This document shows, in pieces, positions 33,083-39,177 of a stretch of 39,177 nt of DNA. Within the stretch, counting starts at the first letter, position 1; each line of letters opens with the position of its first letter. Source of the stretch: a virus (Duplodnaviria; Caudoviricetes); the IMG/VR virus record IMGVR_UViG_3300027975_000007, positions 1 through 39,177 of that record. One strand, given 5' to 3'. The translations under genes and the position numbers were made by a program. The notes beneath the pieces were generated by a model, which worked only from the letters and a program-made list of their open reading frames with translations, was not told the DNA's origin and did no database searches.

Positions 33083-34296
33083 GCAAATCAGCACCCAAAG
33101 CTCCCGACTACGCTGGCGCTGCACGAGAGCAGGCACAATCCTCTCGCGAGGTCACTGAGCAGCAGACGTGGGCTAATCGTCCGACGCAGAATACTCCGTG
33201 GGGGCAGTCTACTTGGAGTAATCAGTCTGAATGGGACCCCACAACCAATCAGTACATCAACAAGTGGACCCAGAACCTAAACCTGACCCCAGAGCAACAG
33301 TCGTCTCTGGACTCTCAGCAGCGCATCCAGCAGGGGCGTTCCGGGCTTGCTGAATCGATGCTGACCCGCGCTCAGGGCGAGTACGGGCAGGAAATGGATT
33401 GGAGCCGTATGCCTGAGGGTGGCGGCAGAGTCAACCCCGGACAGTTGCAGACCAGCCTCGACTTCTCTGGTGCTCCGGAAGTGTCCAGCGGCGCTGATAC
33501 TCGCAACAGGGCCGAGAACGCAATCTACGGACGCGCCACCAGCCGACTCGACCCGCGCTTCCAGCAGGAGGAGGGCGACATCCGGTCGCGGCTCTACAAT
33601 CAAGGGTTGCGCGAGGGTGATGCGGCGTGGGAGCGCGAGATGGGCAACTTCGGCCGCAGCAAGGAAGATGCCTACCAGACCGCCATGAACGAGTCTATCA
33701 TGGGCGGCGGACAAGAGGCCTCCCGTGAGTTTGGTATGGACTCAGCGCGTCGCAGCATGATGACCGGAGAAATGGCTCAGCAGGCCAACTTCGGTAATAA
33801 CGCCATCGGGCAGCAGCTCGGTCAGGACATCCAGGCTGGCGGATACAACACTCAGCAGCGGCAGCAGTCTATCGCCGAAGAGATGCAGCGTCGCGGCTTC
33901 TCCCTGAACGAGATCAACGCCATCCTCACGGGCCAGCAAGTCGGTATGCCGGGGATGCCTCAGTTCAACACGGCACAGCGATCAGAGGGTACGCAGAACC
34001 TCGCTGCTGCGCAGATGACCGGACAGGCTGCCCTTGACTCGTTCAACGCCGAGCAAGCAGCGATGCAGGGTATGATGTCTGGCGTCGGCTCCATGGCTGG
34101 TGGATTCGCCGGCTTCAGCGACCGCAGGCTCAAGCGCAATATTCGCAAGCTGACCGAGGTTGGTGGAGTTAATATCTACGCTTGGACGTACGTCTGGGGC
34201 GATGACGATATTGGCGTCATGGCCGACGAGGTCCCGCACGCGATTGCAGGTCACATCAACGGCTACGCTGTCGTTGACTACCGGAGGATTTGGTAA
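33079..34296 (+). CDS. internal virion/ejection protein with C-terminal peptidase S74 (intramolecular chaperone)-like domain
   Basis: K.APKAPDY start; Q/G-rich helical body; SDRRLKRNI...Y.W.Y...GVMADEV...GY..VDY. Confidence 0.7.
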   Translation: MSKSAPKAPDYAGAAREQAQSSREVTEQQTWANRPTQNTPWGQSTWSNQSEWDPTTNQYINKWTQNLNLTPEQQSSLDSQQRIQQGRSGLAESMLTRAQGEYGQEMDWSRMPEGGGRVNPGQLQTSLDFSGAPEVSSGADTRNRAENAIYGRATSRLDPRFQQEEGDIRSRLYNQGLREGDAAWEREMGNFGRSKEDAYQTAMNESIMGGGQEASREFGMDSARRSMMTGEMAQQANFGNNAIGQQLGQDIQAGGYNTQQRQQSIAEEMQRRGFSLNEINAILTGQQVGMPGMPQFNTAQRSEGTQNLAAAQMTGQAALDSFNAEQAAMQGMMSGVGSMAGGFAGFSDRRLKRNIRKLTEVGGVNIYAWTYVWGDDDIGVMADEVPHAIAGHINGYAVVDYRRIW

Positions 34297-34742
34297 TGCC
34301 GTATCCTGGACAGGATGATCCGATGACGACTGGTATGGACTCTCTTCTGGGTCCAGAGCCCAATATGGAGGCCTTCGGTCTTGAACAGATGTCTGAAGAG
34401 GACCTCCAGAAAATGGTGGAGCTCGGTATCATCGATGAGCAGATGGCTGAGAACGCTCGCCAGATGGCTGTTCAAGAGGGTCTCCGCTATCAGGCTGCCC
34501 CAGAGGGTCGGCAAGCTGGCCGGGTCTACGTTGCGGCTAATCCGCTGGAGCACATCGGCAAGGGCTTGGAGCAGTACAACGCCCAAAGGAAGATGAAAGA
34601 GCTAGAAGCTGAGCGAGGTACTTTGGGAGACAAACAGACTGAAGGTCGTCAGACTTATTGGGACGTCATTCGCGGAATGCGTCGCAAAAAGCCCGACTTC
34701 AGTGGCGTACCGATGCCTGGGACTTCACTAGAGGGTCTCTGA
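34296..34742 (+). CDS. putative internal virion/ejection protein
   Basis: ATG at 34296 (TAATG coupling); G.VYVA.NPL.H motif. Confidence 0.6.
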   Translation: MPYPGQDDPMTTGMDSLLGPEPNMEAFGLEQMSEEDLQKMVELGIIDEQMAENARQMAVQEGLRYQAAPEGRQAGRVYVAANPLEHIGKGLEQYNAQRKMKELEAERGTLGDKQTEGRQTYWDVIRGMRRKKPDFSGVPMPGTSLEGL

Positions 34743-34743
34743 G

Positions 34744-35652
34744 ATGGAGGACATTTACTCCGCCATCGTTGGTGAACCGACATCAGACCGGGAACGGATG
34801 ATGATGCTTGCCCAGAAACTCCGTAAGCAGCAGCAGATCGGGCAGCTCGGGCAGATTACTGGCGACCGTGTGCTGGCTCCTATGGGGGCTGGGATGGTAA
34901 AGCAGGCGACTGACCAAGCAGGAACTATCGGCCAGCAGGCTTCTACGAATAGGTGGAGAAAGAGCCAGGAACAGATGGCGGCTGATTCGATTACTGCCCG
35001 AGCAGAAGAGGCCAAGCTGGATCGTCTGTGGCGCAGCAAAGAATCTGCCCTTGATCGTGAGGCTCGGTTGGCTTTAGAGCGGGACTTTAAGAGTAAGTCC
35101 AAGATCGACAAAGATCGTGAACGCGCGATCATGAAGACTGCGGCGGTCTACAATAAGGACCAAATTAACTCCATGATCACCGGAGCGGAGCAGGCTAACC
35201 TCCTTCTTCAGAATTATCAGGATAAGCCCCTCCCCGGCGTGGGTAGAGTTGAGGGATTCTTCCCCGATATGGCTGTGGGGAAAGAAGCCCAGATGGTTCG
35301 TTCTACCCTCGCCAGCCTCGGCAACATGATCACGAAAAGCCGATCTGGTGCGGCGGTTACAGACCAAGAAATGAAGCGGCTGCTTCGTGAAATGGCGACC
35401 GGCAACTTTGATGAAGAAGTTTTCCGTCGTCGCTGGCCCGATATTCTTGCTCTAGTTGAAGCGGAACAGAATACAGCCCTCGCTAACCTGCCAGATGAGG
35501 AATCTCGGGAAGAGTTCTTTAGCCGACTCGGTAGAGAAGGACCCTTCCGCGCATGGGATCCATTTACCTCTACTGGACCTGCAGAGTCTGCGACTGCTCC
35601 TGAGCAAGAAGATGACTTATCTTACGAAGCATTCCTGAAGGCTAATCCATAA
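34744..35652 (+). CDS. putative internal virion/ejection protein
   Basis: Helical, charged; RSGAAVT..E..R motif. Confidence 0.65.
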   Translation: MEDIYSAIVGEPTSDRERMMMLAQKLRKQQQIGQLGQITGDRVLAPMGAGMVKQATDQAGTIGQQASTNRWRKSQEQMAADSITARAEEAKLDRLWRSKESALDREARLALERDFKSKSKIDKDRERAIMKTAAVYNKDQINSMITGAEQANLLLQNYQDKPLPGVGRVEGFFPDMAVGKEAQMVRSTLASLGNMITKSRSGAAVTDQEMKRLLREMATGNFDEEVFRRRWPDILALVEAEQNTALANLPDEESREEFFSRLGREGPFRAWDPFTSTGPAESATAPEQEDDLSYEAFLKANP

Positions 35653-37340
35653 TGGAAGACACCCCAGAAGCTCGTGCCAAGTACCAGGAATATCTGGCTT
35701 GGAGGAAGCGTCAGAAAGCTAAGAAACAGTCTTTGGCGAATATCGCTGCGGACGAAAAGAGCTATCGGGCATCCTCAGGTGGTGAGGGTCAGAATTTCGA
35801 GATTGCGACCGGCGCTGGGCGCATCAATACTGGCATTAAGAAGAGTGGGGGTCTAGACAGAACTCTGGCTGGTATCGGTTCTGGCCTTGCAAGCGTATCT
35901 GATCGCGCAGGTAATCTCCTTGGTGCAGAGGGTAGATTCTCTGACGAAGCCATCGCAAGTAAGAATGAGATAGAAAAGGACCTTTTGTCCACGGGTGGAG
36001 GTGCCGGTGGTAGACTGGTTGGACAGATCGCAGCGACTGCCCCGATAGGGGTGTTGGGCAGGGCGGCGGGAGCGCTTCCAGGCGCATCCAGGGCGCTGTC
36101 GATGGCCGCACGGGTGCCGGGGGCTGCTAGGGTGGGGCGTGCTACTGGCGCGGCTCTCGAAGGCGCTGGAGCCGGTCTGCTAATGTCGAACCCCGGTGAG
36201 GGAGCTGGTGGTGCTGCGACGGGAGCCCTCTTTGGTGGTGGGATGAACGCGGCAGGTCAGGTAGGTGGGAAACTAGCTCGCGCTATGCGGCCTAAAATCA
36301 CTGACTCTGCCCGTAGGGTCATGGATCGTACGGGGGAGCATGTTCCAATCACCCAAGCTCTTCCTGAGGATTCTATCGTCAGAGCTTTGTACGGCAATGT
36401 CGTAGCCAACATTCCTGGCCAGCGACTTCGTGGTCAAAATAGAAGAGTCGTGGATGCTGTAAGAGAAGAGTTGTTTGAAGACGCTCTTCCACATAGGGTT
36501 CCTGTGAATTCTGTGTTCCAGAAAGGCGACGATGTCTACGAAGCTATGAAGCACGCCACCGCCGAATGGGATAGGGCATTTGATGATACGAACAAGGCCG
36601 TGGTCAATGGATTCGATGTCCCACGGAAAATCGTCAACGCCATTCGTCGTCGCAAACCCCGTGCGGTGATCCCAGAGGCTGGGAAGCCCATCACTGGCCG
36701 ACATATGGCAGACTTCAAACAGTACGTTGAAGAGCTTAGGTCTGACTATCTCAAATCTTCGTTCACTAGGCACCGCGCTGCTGAATTGCAGCAGGTATCT
36801 AAAACTGTGGACAAGAGAATGTATCGAGATCTTCTGCGGCAGAATGCTCGTAACGTCGATGGGGATCCTCTTTGGACGACCTACGCACAGAACTCAAAGA
36901 GGTATGCGAACTGGCTTAAAGTCAAACAGGCGGCAAAGGGCGAGGCTGGTGCGGAGTTTACCCCCAAGCAATGGGAAAAGATCGTAAGAAAGAGCAACCT
37001 TAGAGAGCCCACTAAGGACTTCGCCGATGATGCAGCAAAGGCTCTGCCTAAGTTTCCATCTAACTTTGGAACTTTTCAGATGGCCGCAGCGATGGGTCTC
37101 GTGGGCGGGGGACTCGGTGCGCTGTCCGCTGGCAAAGACGCCAGTTGGGGAGAACGCGCACTTGGTGGAGCTGCCGGGGTGGCGGCGATGGGTGGCGGAG
37201 CCAATGTACTTTCCACCAAAGCAGTTCAGCGTATGGTTGCTCAGTACGGGAAAAAGGGACTTCTAGATCGCTACCCCGCGCTGCTGAGGGAATATGCTCG
37301 CAATGCGGTCATTTCTGACCAAGTTAATGAGGATCAATAA
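35652..37340 (+). CDS. putative large ejection/DNA-transfer protein
   Basis: Gly/Ala-rich hydrophobic glycine-zipper segments at both ends with a basic core. Confidence 0.65.
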   Translation: MEDTPEARAKYQEYLAWRKRQKAKKQSLANIAADEKSYRASSGGEGQNFEIATGAGRINTGIKKSGGLDRTLAGIGSGLASVSDRAGNLLGAEGRFSDEAIASKNEIEKDLLSTGGGAGGRLVGQIAATAPIGVLGRAAGALPGASRALSMAARVPGAARVGRATGAALEGAGAGLLMSNPGEGAGGAATGALFGGGMNAAGQVGGKLARAMRPKITDSARRVMDRTGEHVPITQALPEDSIVRALYGNVVANIPGQRLRGQNRRVVDAVREELFEDALPHRVPVNSVFQKGDDVYEAMKHATAEWDRAFDDTNKAVVNGFDVPRKIVNAIRRRKPRAVIPEAGKPITGRHMADFKQYVEELRSDYLKSSFTRHRAAELQQVSKTVDKRMYRDLLRQNARNVDGDPLWTTYAQNSKRYANWLKVKQAAKGEAGAEFTPKQWEKIVRKSNLREPTKDFADDAAKALPKFPSNFGTFQMAAAMGLVGGGLGALSAGKDASWGERALGGAAGVAAMGGGANVLSTKAVQRMVAQYGKKGLLDRYPALLREYARNAVISDQVNEDQ

Positions 37341-38276
37341 ATGCCTCGTGATTCAAGCGGTAACTTCACTCTCCCGGCTGGCAATCCGGTAGTCACTGGC
37401 ACAGTCATTTCCTCCACATGGGCGAACCCCACGATGGCAGATGTCGCTGCTGCCCTAACGGATTCGTTGGACCGTAATGGTCGCGGAGGCATGCTCGCCC
37501 CGTTTAAGTTCGCCGATGGTACGATCAGCGCTCCATCGATGACCTTTACGAACGAGCCACTCTCTGGGTTCTACCGTGCCGGGTTCAACGACATCCGCAT
37601 GTCCATATTCGGTACAGACATCCTGAAGATGACTCCGGCTGGCTTGGAGGGTCGTGTCGTTGGCTCACCCGGCCCCGTCGGTCCAGCCGGTCCGCAGCTT
37701 CCTGGCCCGGTGGGGCCGACAGGCGTACAGGGAGTTCAAGGTCCCATCGGTCCGCAGGGTATTCAGGGTGTCCAAGGTATCCAAGGTATCCAGGGCATAC
37801 CGGGATTCAACCAGAGTTTAAGAGGTAATCTTTCTGGATTTGGGGCAACCCTAGCTTCTGACGGAACATGGAGTCTTATTGGCACCATGAACGTATCAGT
37901 CCCCTCTGGTTATTGGTGGATTTTGGGGAACGCGATTGTTCGGGCATACGGAACGTGGGCTGACGCCAACACCTCCAGCCCATACGGTCCGCCGATAAAT
38001 CTTCGTTGGGATTTTGTTCGAGTTAGCGACGGAGTAGTCTATAACACGTTTCCAGAGTCTCCAACTTCTGGTCTCCCATTCAACTCTAACTTCCCTCTTC
38101 CAGGCGGAGTAGATAACCCGTATCTTTCTAACGTTCTGGCCCCATTCGCTTTTCAAAGATATTTGGCAGGTCCAGTAGATATGGCTTTGAGGCTGTACGC
38201 CAGTAGATTTAGCGCCACGAATTACGGGTCTGTCACCGTCAATCCGCTGGACGTCACACTTTGGATCCAACCGTAG
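37341..38276 (+). CDS. tail fibre with collagen-like repeat
   Basis: MPRDSSG.F.LP...TGT.I.S.WAN anchor; about 15 Gly-X-Y triplets (~37662-37805); distinct C-terminal domain. Confidence 0.8.
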   Translation: MPRDSSGNFTLPAGNPVVTGTVISSTWANPTMADVAAALTDSLDRNGRGGMLAPFKFADGTISAPSMTFTNEPLSGFYRAGFNDIRMSIFGTDILKMTPAGLEGRVVGSPGPVGPAGPQLPGPVGPTGVQGVQGPIGPQGIQGVQGIQGIQGIPGFNQSLRGNLSGFGATLASDGTWSLIGTMNVSVPSGYWWILGNAIVRAYGTWADANTSSPYGPPINLRWDFVRVSDGVVYNTFPESPTSGLPFNSNFPLPGGVDNPYLSNVLAPFAFQRYLAGPVDMALRLYASRFSATNYGSVTVNPLDVTLWIQP

Positions 38277-38288
38277 AGGTAAACGACA

Positions 38289-38714
38289 ATGGCTGACTAT
38301 GTTCCGAATATTGGCGAAGAGCGGATGATGCAGCTCATCCTTCAGGCTGGCACTCTGTATGTCGGCTTGATGGGCAACTCGCGCACAAATCTGGTGGCGC
38401 TCGGTGAGGCGGTGGTTTTCGCTGATATCACCCCCATCACCAACCTGTCCCCGTCCAACGAGATCGCCATCACTGGCGGTTCGTGGACTATTCCGACGGG
38501 TGGCTCCTCCGGCAACCCGGCGACTAACACGGCTCGCGTCTTCACGGCTGGTTCGGGTGGAGCTTCGGGCGGCGTCAGTGGGTACTACGTCCGCGACGGA
38601 AGCAACAATCTGCTCTGGCTCGGGATGCACCCCGATGTGGACGGTGGCGGCGCACTGAAGTCGATGCCCGAGGGCGCGACCTACACGGTGAACCTCTCGT
38701 TTGACGGAGAGTAA
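38289..38714 (+). CDS. putative fibre-associated/adaptor virion protein, similar to 26490..26894
   Basis: VPNIGE..M, LYVGL, GSWT, FTA, V.GYY, LLW. Confidence 0.65.
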   Translation: MADYVPNIGEERMMQLILQAGTLYVGLMGNSRTNLVALGEAVVFADITPITNLSPSNEIAITGGSWTIPTGGSSGNPATNTARVFTAGSGGASGGVSGYYVRDGSNNLLWLGMHPDVDGGGALKSMPEGATYTVNLSFDGE

Positions 38715-39177
38715 TGATGGCGTTCGGGGTTAGGTCGGCTAATCCAGCACCCATCATCACGGTAAACGAGCCGCCGGTATGGAGCACTGTTCCCCTGATT
38801 CAGATTGAACGGGGGAGCAGTGCTTATGTTGCGAGCTACTGCATTGACGAGCAGGTGCTGACTTTTTCCTATCAGGCGGGAACCGTTGACCCATCGTGGG
38901 TGGGTGCTGACGGGAGCATTAACGTTCCGTCCAACGCTGCACTTGGGGACTATACCCTCGTGGTCAAGGCAGACGATGGCGTCGGCTCCGGCAACGTAGG
39001 CATCACCAGCCATACGGTCACGGTGCCGTTGCACGATCGTCCGAAGCCAGCCTACAAGGGAACAGACTACGACCCCGATTTTCAGACAACGATTACGCGC
39101 ATCACTGATCCTCCCGAAGAGAACTTCACCGACGCACTGCCGAATTACTTAGTTCGCCGTCGATACAACTTCTACTC
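38714..39177 (+). CDS. 3'-truncated adhesin-like virion protein (cadherin/Ig-like domain, then a probable propeller; not in the ORF track)
   Basis: Frame is open from ATG 38714 to the window end: MMAFGVRSANPAPIITVNEPPVW...YTLVVKADDG...PKPAY...DPDFQTTITRITD. Confidence 0.65.
   Translation, partial: MMAFGVRSANPAPIITVNEPPVWSTVPLIQIERGSSAYVASYCIDEQVLTFSYQAGTVDPSWVGADGSINVPSNAALGDYTLVVKADDGVGSGNVGITSHTVTVPLHDRPKPAYKGTDYDPDFQTTITRITDPPEENFTDALPNYLVRRRYNFY

Noticed and set aside
39100-39177. Circular join or terminal repeat with position 1
   Set aside because: No end overlap is visible and the reading frames at the two ends are incompatible, so sequence is missing.
1-39177. Stop-codon recoding, DGR, integrase/repressor, introns or inteins
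   Set aside because: Genes tile densely in the standard code; no RT, recombinase or CI-like motifs; PolA, TerL and the helicases are uninterrupted and of normal size.

Overview
This window is a near-complete (~39 kb) genome of a tailed dsDNA phage of a Gram-negative host, broken inside the tail-fibre/adhesin region; the two ends do not join in frame. The + strand carries: the end of a repeat-rich virion protein and the lysis cassette (M15 endolysin, holin, overlapping i-/o-spanins; 1-2252); a primase-VapE helicase followed by an iteron-rich origin (15968-18060); and a podovirus-type morphogenesis block (terS, terL, portal, scaffold, capsid, adaptor, nozzle, GNAT, ejection proteins, fibres; 19172-39177). 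The - strand (2239-15710) carries small early genes, a replication module (SSB-like, PolA, Cas4-like nuclease, VRR-NUC, SNF2 helicase) and a compact DNA-modification operon: GT-B glycosyltransferase + aGPT-Pplase1-like protein + dUMP-hydroxymethylase-type thymidylate synthase homolog + DUF3310. No separate P-loop 5hmdU-DNA kinase is visible. This operon is the best candidate for a novel system, possibly a sugar-modified (base-J-like) thymidine hypermodification. The second highlight is three near-perfect sigma54 -24/-12 sites clustered within 82 bp, next to repeat elements, in the non-coding region before terS. I saw no integrase, repressor, RNA polymerase, tRNA or CRISPR array. All family calls come from motif recognition by eye, not from database searches.
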